DNA of 63,983 nucleotides, filler included, from Porpidia crustulata (Eukaryota), in NCBI GenBank assembly GCA_964255105.1. It is 3 parts of 3 records of this genome, joined end to end, with 100 filler letters (N's around TTAATTAATTAA, not from the genome) between each part and the next. Parts side by side here need not be neighbours in the genome. Positions count along the whole stretch, not along the records: positions 23,347 to 46,566 come from CAXUWE010000076.1; 2 more parts are not named here. One strand, given 5' to 3'. Positions 25,271 through 40,192 of this stretch are shown here, piece by piece. Position numbers and translations under genes: made by a program. The notes beneath the pieces are model-generated. The model searched no databases. It saw nothing but the letters and a program-made list of their open reading frames with translations, and had not been told where the DNA came from. Numbering within the stretch: the first letter of the stretch is position 1; each line of letters opens with the position of its first letter.

Positions 25271-26715
25271 TTACGATTTCCGCGTATACCCCGGGTACTT
25301 CCCAAACTGGCTCAAATCCACACTCTTTAATTGCGGACATGCCAATCCCGACGTCAAAGACGACAGGATGCCATCCAGCTTCCCCAGCGCCGACGTGGGG
25401 TCCACCCAGACCCCGTTCAGCAGATCCGGGCTCGCCTGCGCCAGGAACTGGTAGATGAAACACTGCAGATTGTTCCCCTGGGTCAGCGTTTGCGCGTTGT
25501 ACACCCCGCCCGTGAGACTGCCGATGTCAACACCGGTGAAGGAGTTTACGGTGCCGGTGTTGCCCCCGACGTTGAGGATTTCCGGAAACTGCGCTGCGTA
25601 GGCGAGGATGTCGGTGATCAAATAAGGGATGGTGTATTCGTCGCCGATGGCCCTTTTGTACCAGTTGTCCGGGATCCGCTCGTAGCCAGGGTTATACTTG
25701 AAACTGCCAGGCTCGCCGGTGACGGCGAAGAAGCTTTTGAGGACTTGTTGGTTGAGGACGCCTTCGGGGTGTTCGGCGGATTTGTTGCCCATGAAGCGGT
25801 AGATGAATGTGAAGGCGGCCTGGGAGACGCCGATGCCGGTGAAGGGGCCGTAGAAGAAGTAGGGGTTCTGCGAGACGGATTGTTGGTAGCGAGATTTGCG
25901 GAATTGGAGTAGGACGTCAAGGTTGTAGTTGGCTGTCGCGGCGTTCGGCTGGAGGGCGTATAATTCTTGGAATTGTGACATTACGTTGAGGTAATCATTG
26001 CCGCTACGTTTTCGTGTCAGTGAACTCGGATTATCTTAGCCAAGAGTCTCGCGTACACCTGATAAAGATCTCCCTTCACAGGAGAGGAATCACTCTCATA
26101 CTTGTTGTGAGAGTTGGTGATTCCCCCTGGAGTGCCAAGCGGGCCACTCAAAGGACCAACCTCGAGAGGATTGTTATCAACCCCACCGATGGACCATGCG
26201 AGCCCATTGCCGTCAAACACCGAGCCGTAAGTCGCAAGAAATTGGCCCAAGTCAAGGCCCATACCGAAGACTATATTCAAAGTAAGCCATTATTTATGGG
26301 AGCGTAGAACCTCGCGATCCTGACCAGAATTGGTCGCGTCAATAAATTGAGTAATTGACGCCCAGCCATCATGGGGCAGATAATTATGATTCGCCATAGC
26401 ATTCAGCCCGGGGCAAGGACCACGTAGATCTGATGCCGAGGGTGGAACGAACGCGTGGGCGCCCGTCGTATCGATATGCTGCGCTGCGGCGTCGAAACCT
26501 GGCGCAACACCGTTGACCCTCTTGACCTTGTCCTTCGTTCCAGCAAATGGACATTCCCGCTTCTCCTTCGCCTCGGATCCCGCATATGGGCATCTCTTTT
26601 CCCTCATCTGGGTACCAGCCGCTTCCGCCGCGGCCTCGTACATGATGGCTGGAAAGGCAATCACCCCCGCAACAGGGAAGGCCAGTAGGCCAAGACTGAG
26701 TTGGAAGAGCTTCAT
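25271..26715 (-). CDS. Unspecific peroxygenase / heme-thiolate peroxidase (long-type UPO), 3 exons
   Basis: Signal peptide; proximal heme-Cys motif LRGPCPGLNAMANHNYLPHDG; distal HNKYESDSSPVKGDLY; SVSQNPYFFYGPF and GYERIPDNWYKR. Confidence 0.92.
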
Positions 26716-28917
26716 GATTGACTTAAAAGGTATGAAAGACCAAGGACCTTTTCACACGGTAGGAGGCGGAGAGAAGAAGAAGATGTAATATCTATGGAGC
26801 GGCGTGTTCAAGGTTTGTTTATATAAGTTGGTGGACCCCACTCGCCATGATTGCCGCATTGGCGCACCATCCATCAGTGGATGAGGACACGAAGAAGAAC
26901 CGAGGTACCCCAAATTGATCATGATGGAAAGGTGGAGGATGCTGTTACGAATGCGGCTTGGGTTTGACAATTAGCAACTTGTAACAACAAGCCTTCGTTT
27001 ACTATTGGAATGGCGTCTCGATCTTTTGACGAATCATCTGGTTGATCTCGCTTGGGAGGGAAGTCCTTCATTCCCTCCATTCCCTTTTGAGCACATTAGA
27101 CTGATACCTCCAACCTCGAAACGGACAGCGCCCCGAAGGACCGGCCCGTTGGTAGCAAATTAGCACAGACTGATGAGGTCATGGTCTAGTGATGAAGCCA
27201 GAGGTTGGCGGTCGTTGAGTTCTGTATGCTAAGAAGCATGGGATGAGAACTGTATCACAGCTGAAGCCATCCCGGCGATTATCCAACACTAATCCTGACC
27301 AGGACAGACGGATCCACAGCGTCAGCAACGAGCGGTTAGCGTAAATCGAAGGCAGAGTAATTCCATGACATTGATACTTCGAATCCCCAATTTAGCCATC
27401 CTCTTCCCTCAATGAAGGAAGAAGTCCGGTGGTGATGCCCAACCAAGACGCGTCCCTCCAACGCCAAAATGCGGGGAAACCGTTCATGGTCTGGGTTGAC
27501 TACTGTTCATGCACACACGCACACACGCATAAACCCCGGGAGCGAAGCAGGGTATCAAACCCTAAATCGAACAAATCGAATAAGCCTCGTGTAACACTTC
27601 GACAGCTCACATCCCATCACCACCAGTCATTGAATCTCACCGTGCACCGACGCAAATGACTGCACCCAACGAACATTCGGATGCAACTCTTGAATCCCCC
27701 TCGCAAAGCCAAGCATGAGTCAACATCCCAGTGAAGTCTAATAAGCATGAGTAATGCACCGTACCACTGTCACTGACTTGCCAAATTCCAACTGAACCCA
27801 ACCAGATCCCAGGGACTAGTTTCCACCGCCGCCCCCTTTCCAATTCCGACCATTGCTCAGGCCAGACGATATTGCGAGATACTCCTTGCGTGCACGTCGC
27901 CGGAAGATTTCGGCCGCCAGGGCGGGCTCGGGTCGTACATTGCATGGGACCGATGTTTGGTGGGTATCTTGTTGAAGGGGTACAGGACGATAATGTAGAG
28001 TACCTCTTCAAACTCGATGCGTGTTTTCGATGGGACCAGAGCTTCTGTGTACCGTCCGGTGGGATTCGATTTCTCGTGGAACACGATCTCGTATGGACAG
28101 CAACTGCGCTAGTAAAGTGTTGGGATTCCAATCCAATGCGGAAGTCTACGATTCCCAACGTCCTGACCTTGTACTTATCCTCTTGTTGCGTCTTCAAGGT
28201 CGCTGTAGATTCTTTTCGCCGTTGATGGTCTTCACTGTGGGAACTCGTTCGGACGTGGACGAATATCTATTGTTCCACAAAGTGAACCTGACCAATGCCT
28301 CGTACAAAGCTTCTAAGTGGCTCGATCGAAATCTCTGTTCCTGGTGTAGAAAAATAAGACAGTGAAAGATGTCAAATACAACTGGAGTGAGATGGATTGT
28401 CTTGTTCATCATTGGTATACTCTATTATCATCTCACCTTTTTCCAAATATTTACAGTAGTATACTGTCAGATCACGGGACGACGTAATTTGATATCTCAC
28501 AACTGTTCTACTCTACACCACTTATCACAATTTGACCGTCTCAACAGGCCAGGCCAAGCTTTGATAACAGCATCATCATACAAGCTACAGGTTCGTAGGA
28601 GGCTTTTCACATTAGGATCAAATTCATTGTCATTAATGTCTTCTGTAATCGTCTCCTTTTCCCTGAATCCAGCTTCCCATCATCTCCACTCCCGTCACAA
28701 GTACCGCAATGCTTTCCCACAGCTCCAAACCCCGCCCTTTTCTTCCAAGGACCGAGTTGATGATTCATCTCGCCCGGATCTGACCTATCTGTACACGGCC
28801 CAACCATCCCGGCGCAGCGGCCTAACGCTCGCTAGAAGTACAATCACCAATCCCAAAGTCTTTTATAAAAAATTAAAAACGATGCTTTAAATTATTGTTC
28901 TTTCTAACGGAAAGTTT

Positions 28918-31900
28918 TCACGGCTTGCTTAATTGCTCCTTCCTGAAAAACGTGAAAAATCCTGTGTCGCAGATTAGCCTCGATTCAAGAATTCTGCGAG
29001 AAAATCCGTGAAAGAAAGGAGGGACCTTAAACTTACCAACGCAGATCATCAACTGAAACACCAAGGCGACCCAAAACCAAGCCTTGGCCAATCCGTCGCC
29101 AAGCCCGGCGCTGAAATCCGGAAACACGTCCCCAGGCCCAATCTTATTTGGTGCAGTGGCGCGCGCAAGGATGGTGGCGATGGACCCAAGCACCTGCGCC
29201 GCAATGAGAGTGAAGGCGATATGGATACGCGTCAGCGTCTGTAGCAAGATCATGCCGAAGCCGACGCCCTGCAGGGAATCAAGGACACCGAGCCACAGCC
29301 AGAGGCTGCGGCCGACAAGGGCGCTGGCGATTGGACCGCCGGCCCAAGGGACGTAGAGGCCAATGTTTGAGATGCCCCAGAGCATCTGGCACCAGCGCGG
29401 GGCGCCAAGTCCAATGGCGAAGACGGGGAGGATCCAGCTATGATCTTTGGAGAGGATCCCAAAGAGCCAGAGAAAGGCAGCCCAAACAAAGCCGAAAAAG
29501 AGGATAACGAGGAGGATGATCTGCCATGCCTTGGCGTGGTTGGAGCTCCACAGATAGCCCCAATTGCGGCCGTAGGGTGCACTGAGCCAGTAATTTTGAA
29601 TCAACACCGTGACAAAGAACCAGAGGATAATCTTGCGACGGCCGATGGAGCTGTAGAAGGAGGGGACAGCACCGGGAGCTTGACGGTAGTAGGCGGGTAG
29701 GCCGGCAAAGAGGATGAAACCCATAGCCCAGAGCATCACTGCGATTGGAACGGTGATGGCGGTCATGACCCACGAATTGACGACAGGATTGACTTGGGTG
29801 ATACCGGAGGCGGTTGCTTTGGTGAGGGTCGAGCCCCAGTACCAAAGGGCGACGACATATGCTTGTTGGGTTCCTTGGATGACACAGGCTCGATAGACCC
29901 ATGCTTTGACGGGGGCACCTCCTTGATGCTTGTCAGCATTGCAGCAACGAACGTACTAATAGGAATGATGATTTTACCTTCGTCTCCGAAATTCAAGGCG
30001 AAAAAAATGGAACCACTAGATGAAGCTATGGCGTAAAAAGCAGTGGCAATATTCTGAACCCATCCTCTTCCACTTGTGCTGTCTACAAAGTGCGCCATTC
30101 CAATGAGGAAGAACTGGATATTCATTAGCGTTTCCCGCAATGACGTGTTGAATCTTGACTTACCGCAATGCCATATGCGAGGAAAGGAAGACTAAGGACA
30201 TAGACAGATTTGAAATATCTAAAGCAGAGCCACCACATAATCGATGTAACCAGATAGATGGAGGCAATCACATATAGCTTTTCCGCCGTTTGCCCAACCG
30301 TGCCCGTCAACAGTGTGATCTGGTAGGAATTTGCCGCAATTATCTGACCGAACGCTAGGAAGAATGAGTAAACCGGCCAGTCACCAATGCGCATCTGCAT
30401 CCATTTCTTCAACCCAGTTGGTGGTTTATAGTCATCGCCAAGCAGAAATTGATCGTCGATTGACCCTTCCTTATCGTGGTCAAAGTGGCCCATTTCCATA
30501 TTGTCGTTGAAAATCGAACCAGGTGGACTTTGCGCTCGAGCTTTCCTGAACATAGACGGCGCTGGACTGCCTTGTCGACTGGTCTGTCTGCTGTGACCCG
30601 GAGTTCGTCCTAATCGAGCATCTCGAAAACGGTCGAACCATTTCTTCTCACTCTTTACCAAATAGTCTTCAATACACAATGCACCTTCAGAATTGCCCCC
30701 GTCTAGTCCTTTTAGGCGCTCTTCGAAAGCTTTGTAGTACTCTCCATTGCTATCTGTGAAGAAGGGATCCACCTTTTGCAGCTTGAAGTCTTTCTTATCC
30801 CCAACAACCGAATTCAGACTTAGCATCGAATGGCTGCTTAGACGCTTTTCCCTAGCGTCTTGCGCAAATGCTGCCGAAGGTGGCAATAAGGCATCTTCGG
30901 GGCCATATGGTGTTCTTGGCGAGGCGGGTATTGATAAACTCGAAGGATTGGGGGAATTAAATTGCGGGGAGTGTAAGGATGATGAGTTATGGAAATCACT
31001 CTCGACACCAAATGAAATATGTCGTGGTGAAAGGAAATCTTCGTTGAGTTGTGGTAATGGTGGAGTAGAGGTTGATTCCACTATTCGGTCTCTTCGCTGC
31101 ATAGCCCTCGCCTGTTCAGGAGTCATGGTGTATTCATCGTCATCGACATATTGATCATATAGGTGATCTATTTCATCACCGCTATCTTCGTCTATATCAG
31201 TGATGGCCAGACCATGATGTAATTCTGGACTAGGCGGTCCTAAAGAAAATCCAACTTGAGGAATATCTTGCCGGGAAGGTGGCACTCTACTGTCTGGGGA
31301 TCCTGGTCGTGATTTCGAAATAGAAGATTTTTGGATGCGTTTCCGGCCACTTCTTTCTGTTGAAGGTAGATGGCCCGGGCCTGCCTTGACACCTAATGAG
31401 AGCGTTCTCTGTAGCCCCTGGCTATTCGGTAATGGAGGGACCTCGTCATCACGCACTGGGCTCGACGCTCTGCTGGTTGCGTTGCTACCTGGTCTAGACT
31501 TTACCCAAGTACTAAGACGATTGAGGTTTCCGTAGCTTCCATTTCTGGATGCTGGAGCAAGCGGTGCAGCCAAATTTGAATGACTGTTGTTTCGTGAATG
31601 AGCTGCGAGAGGTGTTGTCATACCGCTCGGGGTATTGAAGCCGGAAGCTGAAGGTGTCAGTGGCTGATGAGTGTGGGATTTGGCAGCCTCCTTTTGATGT
31701 GTCTTGATCGCGGTTGACTGCAGTATCTCGAGGTCTTCTACCCACTGTGCCACTGGAAAACGCTGCTTGGCCGACCTGGCCCGCATCATAGCTCTTGTCT
31801 CTTGTTTTGACGCCAGTGCGCTCTCAATCGCCATCTTGAATTGATGTATTAGATGGGTCGTGGTGGTACTTTCGACCGTATACCACCAACCAGGCATGGT

Positions 31901-34900
31901 TCCCAGTCCTCCGACTCTGGCTCCGATTCCCAAAGCACCTTTTCTACCAAATTCTACGGCTACCAAGCCAAAAGGCTCATCTCTGGACGGAATGAGAGCG
32001 AATTCGGCTCCACTGAATATATACGGCGGAAGAGCAGTAAATTCAGGTTTCGAGAATACCCTACCAGGGTAAATCTTCATCATCTTTTCCAGCTTTAGAG
32101 CCGCAAATTTTCCGTAGAGATCAATGACAGGGCCAATACACATCAGCTGAACATTGGGATGCTCTTCAAGGATTGATGGAAATACATCGGCGATAAGGTC
32201 GACCCCTTTCTGATTACTCCATCGGCCAACAAAGACGAGAAGATCGGCTTTTGGATTTTGGGCAAGTCCAGCCCATTCCTGGGCCTGTCGCTTCAGCTCA
32301 CCACGACCAGCTTCCATTTCTGTATCAATCTGAATGTCTTCTTCTTTGGGTAACTGTTTGTCCCATTCTCCGGTATCTGATGGATCAGGATTAGGTAGCT
32401 TACCAATCTTTTTCAAGCCCCAAAAAATAGGATATCGAGCGTAACTTCGCTTGCCATATTTTGCGCTTACACCCACAGCTCCGAATCCCTGCTGATGAAT
32501 GCGAAGGTATGATGCGCCGGCGTGCAAGAGGTTGAATACTTCGCCAAATTGAACATATTTTCCAGCAGTCTCGGGCGAGAGGTTATAGACGTTACAGACT
32601 TCCTCGACCTCTTTTGGAGTTCGCATTGGCCACAAGCCCTGGAACTCGGCATTATGAAGTGACAGGCAAATCGGAATCGTTGCTGGCAGGAGGTGGATTG
32701 GTGCTACAGCGCCGTGATAGTCATTAACGTGATATAAATCCACCGGAAATCTCGTCAAGGTGAGTGCAATACATTGATTCCAAGCGCTGTAGTAGATGGC
32801 GGAGTCTAAATCGTCCATTCTAGGTGGATACGGCTCGCTCTTGGTCTGAGCCCTGAAAACGGGAGCATCCAGTAGGACGTAGGTGATATTACGCAACGTA
32901 TGATACTGTACCTTGACTTCATAAGGATTGCCTAGAATGGTGACTGACATTGGTTCAGCGCGCTCGTCTTCGGGGTAATCAATGCCTCCGACGCAAGGTA
33001 CGACCCAAATAAGGTCTTGATGGCCTAAATTTTTACCCATGAGTTGAGCCATGACACCCAAGCCTCCGATTTTGATTTTGATTGCCCAATCTTCGATATC
33101 ATACTCCATTGTTGCAATAAGAACGGTTCGGCGTGACCCTCCCATACTTCCCGCCAAAGCTGTTTTTGACTGCATCATGACTGATCGATTTCCGAGCTTC
33201 ATAAGAGGATTCCGGCTTTCTTGATTCTCCGTCATGGGATGCTTCCTAAACTTGCGGCGGAAAGCAAGTGGGATGATCGCCTTTTTATCACTGATTCCAG
33301 TCTGATTGAATTTCACCTGATAGAAAGACTTCATGAAAGCCCAGATACCGAATGCTCCGGTGAGCACGGGAATAATTGCGAGGAGGAAGTACAGTGCACA
33401 CTGCTGCCATCGCGAGCCCACTGGAATTAAATTGAACCTGTAAGTACCATCATCAAGGGAGAAGCGCCATGCGAGATATGGGGACGGAGGATCTTGCGTA
33501 ATATTGAGTACAACGGAGGATAGAGCAGATGGTGGTAGCCGGTCGAGGATTGAATCTCCATCTATGTCACCCAAGACTCCTGTTTCATCAGGCTGGCCAT
33601 CAGGATTCATCCCCCAGATATTAATTTGCGCTATGGCGGGCCACTCGGTCATAAAGTTAAACTTCCATAGACCGTCTTTCTCATCAAGGGCAAGTTCGTT
33701 ATTCAGACCCGCGTCGAATCCGAATTGATTGTACGGTCCTTGCCAGAAAAGATGAGGGAAACGTCTTGGTGGTAGATCTTGTCGATCCAAATCAGCGTGT
33801 TGCACATGGTCACTGCTTCCAGTCATGCGACTATGATATTCAACAATCACATGCTGGCCAGACCATTCCTGGCGCTTTGTCCCGGACCATGGCTGCTTAT
33901 CCAATGTCGTATTCCCCCCTTTGTAAGACGTCCAATTCGAGTATGAAGAACCCCAGTTCAATGAGTAGCGGAACATGTCGGCGCCCGCCGCTTTATGTGA
34001 TAGCATAAGGGCTCCGGAATTGTCTTGGTGGAGGAGAGCTTTGGTATAATTTGCGGTCCGAGGGAAAATCATAGGGTTATCTGGCTGGCCGACACGTAAA
34101 AGGAAGTGATCAACGGACTAAGTATACGTTGTTAGAGAATCTTCAGCTAAGCCAAGTACATGAGACACATACCCCAGTAAAGCTCTTGTTATCAGATGTA
34201 GTGACGTTGTTAATGGTCACTCGATGTACACCGTTAGACACATTAACCAAATTGGCAGTCCACGTCCACGAAGTTCCAATAGCTCCCACAAGAGCCGACG
34301 TGGTGTCTTTTGCTGATATCTGACATTTCACTGTGGCTTTGTCTATCGTGGGGATTATCAAATCCTCGGTCGTAGAATTAATACTGAGCATATTCGTGAT
34401 GGTAGCACAGTCCATTTCCTGGGAAAAATGCAGTTCGATTGGAATTGTTTCCTGTTTACCAGGCGCGGCGTGTGACAAAACCCGTGCATCATGTCCTGGA
34501 ACAAATCTGGTGATCATAGGTCTAGGCATCACAAATTTGTCGATTGGAACATAGGCCTTGAACTCCCAAGCCTTCAGAGTCATATTATCGAGACATCCAC
34601 TGAATTTTGTCGAGCCTTCCAGCCCGAGTTTCGTGGCAGAGGCCTTTAGAGTGACTTCATCATACGGATAGAAGAGATTTTTGACAGTGGTCCCGGTATC
34701 GAAAGGGGCAATAAGCGCGGTGGTATTCTTGGTGTCGTTGTTCGAGCAATCGAAGTGGTGGTCGATAGTTTGATTTTCATTTGTGTAGACCAACCAGATC
34801 GACTGGTTGCCTTGACCCTTATCAGAGAGATCTTGCAAGTCCCATCGACTTCGGAGCGTACTCCACATTCCTGTTTCGGTGGCAACGCCTTGGGAGCCGG

Positions 34901-36792
34901 GCATGTAGACATTGTGGGTTCGGTTAGATAACTGTTGCAAGAACCATCCATCATTGAGTACTGGAAAGTTCTCGCGCATTTGGTACATGCTTTTGATGAT
35001 ATTACGTACCGGGTTGGCGGGATCTCGGTGATCTTGACCCACCCAGTCATCGTGGCAGGCGTGTAGGGCCGATTCCACGGGAAAGTTGTAGAATTGAGCT
35101 GATGTTAGATTGTAGCAGCCGTGAGTCTGCCAAGCAGTGGCCGAAGACATTGGTTGTCGGCCAAAGATGTAATTGCCGGCTGTATTATCCAGAACATAGA
35201 AAGCTTGTTCTTCGCCCCAGAGTAAAAGCGGTATACCTGGCATGTGCAAGGTGGTAATGAATAAGCCGAGAAGCATCTTCTCTGTGCCATGAGAGATAGC
35301 TGGCCAACGGAAAACATCCTGATTGGTCACACCATACATATGTCTTGGATCAAATCCTCTCGGGCCACCAGGGTTGTGGTTCACAAGATCATTGGTACGG
35401 AGCATGGTATTCCAGGCATCTACCCAGTTAATCGGAGCATCATAGCCTGCTGCAAGATTTCCGTCCATTCCCAAGAACCGGGTGAGCGAGCGATAAACTG
35501 TGTAATGAAAGGCTGCGGCATCCAACGCGTTCTGTTCTGGGTCTCGTAGGAAGTACTTGTGATCGGATGTATTTTTCAATTTGACGGCATCGGTTTGAGT
35601 GTCTGGTAGCATGTCCGGTTGTCTGCCCCTACCGAGGTATATTGACCCAAAAGTGTTGCCGCCAGTGATTTCGCCAGGCATGAAGAAATTATCTTTGCCA
35701 TGGTCATGGGCACATTGCCTAATGTATTTGCCAAAGGCGGCTTGCGCATCGACTGTGACTTGGGTTGCTTTGTCGAAACGGAAGCCATCAATGTCGAGCT
35801 GAGCAATCATGATACATGAATGACGCTGGATTCTCTCACGAACTGAAGGGACCCATTCTCGCAGACGGTCTTGCACCGACGCGAACTTGGCCAGCTACTC
35901 AAGGTATTAGCTCCACCTATATAAATATCACTTTACGTCATACCTGTCGTTGCCAGTCAGGAAAAACACCAAAGGCCTCGATATCGCCGAACTGGTCGAA
36001 ATCCGAATCATAACATCCTTTAAGTTCAGTCTTTACCACGTCGTCAACAGGATACCCAGTCTCATTCCAAAACCGTGGGTAAGCACATGTTTCGTTGTAC
36101 GTATTTCCAAAGTTAAAATCCATATATCTACGATCTGTTTTCCACTGCACTTGATGTTCCGCGGTAGAGAAAGGCGTAGTGGTGTTCAGATACCCCTTGA
36201 AACCGATCAGGTCCCCCAGTGTAGCCATAGTGTTATCCATGACGATGAACATGTCTCTTCTGTGGACCTCCGTAACAGCATTCCTCCACTCATCGATATT
36301 ACCAAAGTGATGATCCTGTTGATAGGATTAGTACAGATACATTGTGTATGGCCAAGACGTAGTGCTCACCAACAAGGTCAAGTCGACTGGCGAATAACCA
36401 TCACTGGCCCATGGAAGGTTGATGAACGCGCTTCCTGCGACATACAACCCTTTGATACCAATGGATTGAATGTAATCCAGGCTGTCGACAAAACCTTGTA
36501 GGTCTCCGCCATGCCTGAGCTGATTTGCCATGTGATCGACTTCGAACTGTGTGCCATTGGCGTTGTCATTCTTCGGGTCGCCATTGACATATCTGTCGAG
36601 GAAGACTGTGTAGAAGGGGAAGCGCCAATTCGACGGCGACGGATGATATGTGTGGTTTGGCCAGCTTCCCCAATAGTCGACTGGGGACACAGCAGTGACG
36701 TTCTCATTCAGATTAAAGCCAACCTGAGCTGGATCATATCGAAGAGATGCCACCAATGTCAGTAAGGATATCCCCACCAAGACGCCCCACAT
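28918..36792 (-). CDS. ags1: Cell-wall alpha-1,3-glucan synthase (GH13 amylase-like + GT5 + C-terminal multipass membrane domain), multi-exon
   Basis: LRYDPAQVGFNLN, NWRFPFYTVFLDRYVNGDP, DIDGFRFDKA, IKIGGLGVMAQLMG, FALIPSRDEPFGLVAVEF, and the C-terminus FFRKEQLSKP. Confidence 0.96.
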
Positions 36793-39700
36793 ATTCCAGG
36801 ACGGGCAGGGCCGGCAGCCTCCCAATTATTATGCGGGGAGCACCAAGTACCAATGTGAAGGAGAATGAATTATTGCACGCCAGAAAACTCCTGATCGGTT
36901 AGTAGACTCTCAAATACATTAATTGAGCGATAAGGTCAATATCCAAAACGAGTGACACTAGTAAATGAATGTATGTGCACAAGAGAAGTGAAATGACTGT
37001 GATAGAGAGAGATAGACAGACCGACAAGAGGTCGAAGGTGGTCAGGAAATGGGGGTTCAGCCGAGCGAGTAAATCTCTAAGTGAGGTTGCTTGGCCCCAT
37101 GGTCATGCATGACTACGAGGGACCTGCCTCGCCAATGTTACGCACCAAAGGGGAGTCAGGCGTGTTGTTTGTCAGCTCAGCCCAGCAAATGACAAGGCAG
37201 CAGAACGTGAATCAGCCGCCTGCATTACTCGAGCACGAGAAGGCGGGCGGTGTGAATGATTACAACCCATGTCCGAAAATAGCCCCAATTTGATATATCA
37301 GTGTGGCGTTACGAGGACATTTACTGCCGCCTAAGAAGCCCCCAGCACGATCAAGGCCCAAAGTAGTTGAAATTGTGATAAACGATAACAGAAAACGCAT
37401 TGTCACACGTCATCACCTCGGAAGGACCTTGAGGAAGCTGAGTCTTGTCAAACGTATGGGCGGGGGAGGAAATTTTCATGAACCAGATTCGGGGACAGTG
37501 CGAAAACTCTGTGAAATGCTCATCAGGAGAAGGACCCCAAAACAGTCAGAGGTCGGGAGGCAGAAAGTGGAGACTCATCTCGGACAACGTGAGCTGGGCG
37601 TCCCGGCAAGACGCAGCATGCAAAGAACTTGGGACTTGGTATCAGAGACTCGTGTATCGCCTGGGGTAGAACCCTGCGATTGGGACGATGGTACTACGGT
37701 AGACTGTCGTTGGAAGAAAATGGAGTGGGGCGAGTGGAAAGTGCGTGTGGGTGATATCGGTAAGGCTGCACCTATCCAACACGCTCTCAGCGACGAATGA
37801 GAAGAGAATGATTATGCATTACCCAGTCACATTCTGCATGCGACCCATCCGCTGCGTGCCGGCCCCTCCTCACGATCTGGATATTTCAGGAGCTTATCAT
37901 TTGCGACTTGACGATGCTGTGTCGACGTTACACGCTGAACACGAGAATACGACGATTACTCGCTGTGAGCTGGATAGGACAGCGAATCAAGTCAACACAA
38001 AGACGCATGGGCACATGCAACCATGGGGTGACTCGATGTGGATAGGGCCGCCGTGGTTGATGAGGACGGATTAGGCATCAAGCGAGCTGGAAGTGGACCT
38101 GGTCGTTGATAAGCCCACCTCTAGCGGACCACTAATAGCGCACTAGTTACCGAGAGGGCGGCCGTGGCTGAAAACCGTCTTTTTCACTGTCAGATTGGGG
38201 GACAAGCGCTCCCGGATCAATATGTCGTGTCCAGGAGAACCCTGTCATCAGCCTTGGCTATGATTACGGGATGGAGATTCCGAAAAATTGTGAATCTGTA
38301 ATTAATATGGAATGCTCCGGGGAAATAATGTAGCGTGGTAGCCCCCCGTGTCCCCCCAAGATAAGGAAGCGAAGCCACACGTCATGTTGGCCCCTGAGTG
38401 CAGGCCAAACCAACGCCGCTGGGCATGCGGCATTTGTTTGCTATCACTACCTTTCCCCTATTCCTTTTGTTACGAAATCCGCGTCACCACAGCGGAGGTA
38501 CGGTTACCTTTTTGCATCTCAAAACATCAGGGTAGAATACTGCAAACATCGTAAATGCGGACAATCGATGCTTCATCAGACCGCTAGGCTATTCTCGATT
38601 TTCGTACTAGATTCAATAAAAAGCTGGCGATCATCAACCAAAAACCGGAATAAGGCGTCGTGGATCCTCCCGGAGTAGGGCCGGAATCCTGCTGCTATTA
38701 AAGTTTTGGTACCTGATATGTTCTCAGTATGTCTGTAAGGTACCTGATTGACTTTCAAGCCTTAACGGCCATGCATTGTACTCCCTGAGTTCCTGATGGA
38801 GGATTTCATTGCCTATTATCTTTCCCGTCCTATCATGTGATTATTTCACCAAGGGCTCAGTTTCGAACTGCTGGTATATAAACGATATCTTTCTGAGCCT
38901 CATATCGTTTATGCTCAGTTTTTGTCTCGAAAGTATATCTGTATCATTTACCGGGCACACCATGGAGACTCATGACTTAAGAGTCTGCAGTGGACAGCCA
39001 CACGTCGAACATCCTGGCCAATCTAGACCCAGCTGATCTGAAACGGCACAGCTTTAGCGATCAACCACCGCGAGATCTAGTCTCACCCCCTCCCAGAAAC
39101 TCAAGTCTCAGGCTGCTTTTATTTTCCGAACAGACAAACTGGTCTAGACGTGAAATCTCGCTTATGTACCCGAAAATCATCCGATGGCCCTGAAACGCCT
39201 GCGACTATTCGCTTCCGTTCCACCTTCATCCTTTCCTTCGCCATCGACAGCATTACTTTTGGGTGCAAGTTCACATTGCTTCGTTCAGTCATCACGTTTC
39301 CAAGGGCAAAAATCAAAACAACCCATGTAGCAGTCCTTGGTCGACATCCTATTGGCCGTTTACTCCTCGTGTCTCTTCATATCAAGAGCCTATGCCCAGC
39401 TTCAAATGCATCTCCTCATCCTCTATCTATCATTTTCAGAACTCTAGCTTCACAGATTGCCCCCGAGACCCTTTCTGCGAGCGGAGTCCCCCCAATCCAA
39501 TTCAAGATCCATGGATCTGGGTTATTGAGGAATATGTCAATCATGAAACTTTCTCCTCTAAACCGGAATTATCCTTTCAACCTCTCCCATCCATTTTGTC
39601 AGCTCACCTATCCGCCACAAAGAAATCTTAATGAACACAGCGACAAAGATCCACTTCTCGAAACCCCACTTCTCACACCATTGCTGACTTGATGCGGAGA

Positions 39701-39891
39701 TGAATAATGGTTTTGGCCAAATGTCATTGCGAGAAAGTTTTATATTGAATTATAATGATCTCACATAAGCCTCGCTTTTTCTTTCGTTCGGAATATTTGG
39801 CCCGTTTGGATCAATGTCACCTCATCTTGTCTCATTTCGTTTCGTCTCATCCTACCAAAACCCTTTTTCCCTTCTCCTTCGCCCTCTTGAA

Positions 39892-39919
39892 AAATCAAAT
39901 CAAATCAAATCAAATCAAA
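39892..39919. repeat. (AAATC)n pentanucleotide microsatellite; a 25-bp imperfect tandem duplication follows at 39943-39992
   Basis: Direct reading; duplicated units gtttgaggggtcaagagggacagta and gtttgagggatcaagagggatagta. Confidence 0.85.
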
Positions 39920-40192
39920 CAAATCCGTGGTAGCAACGTAATGTTTGAGGGGTCAAGAGGGACAGTAGTTTGAGGGATCAAGAGGGATAGTAGTTTAGAT
40001 GTTGCTATGGTGAGGACGGGGGAAGTGGGGAAGAGGAAAGTTAGGGATGTGGAGTATGAAGGGTGGAAATATACGTAAAATTGAACTGGTAGATCTGACT
40101 ACGGTGCATTGGATATTGCTAACGCTAGTCCACCCAACGTGTCCTGAAACCCTCACTAACCCTACCCACAGGAAAAACTCCGCCCAACATCC

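Noticed and set aside
25271..26715. UPO as a tailoring enzyme of the PKS cluster
   Set aside because: It lies across an artificial linker and is a secreted enzyme; there is no evidence of linkage.
27429..28890. ORFs of 70-190 aa between the UPO and ags1
   Set aside because: They overlap on both strands, mostly have non-ATG starts, and show no recognisable motif or coherent exon chain.
37081..39692. ORFs upstream of ags1, including 38990-39631
   Set aside because: No domain signal or consistent splice model; probably promoter/UTR sequence or an unrecognisable relic.
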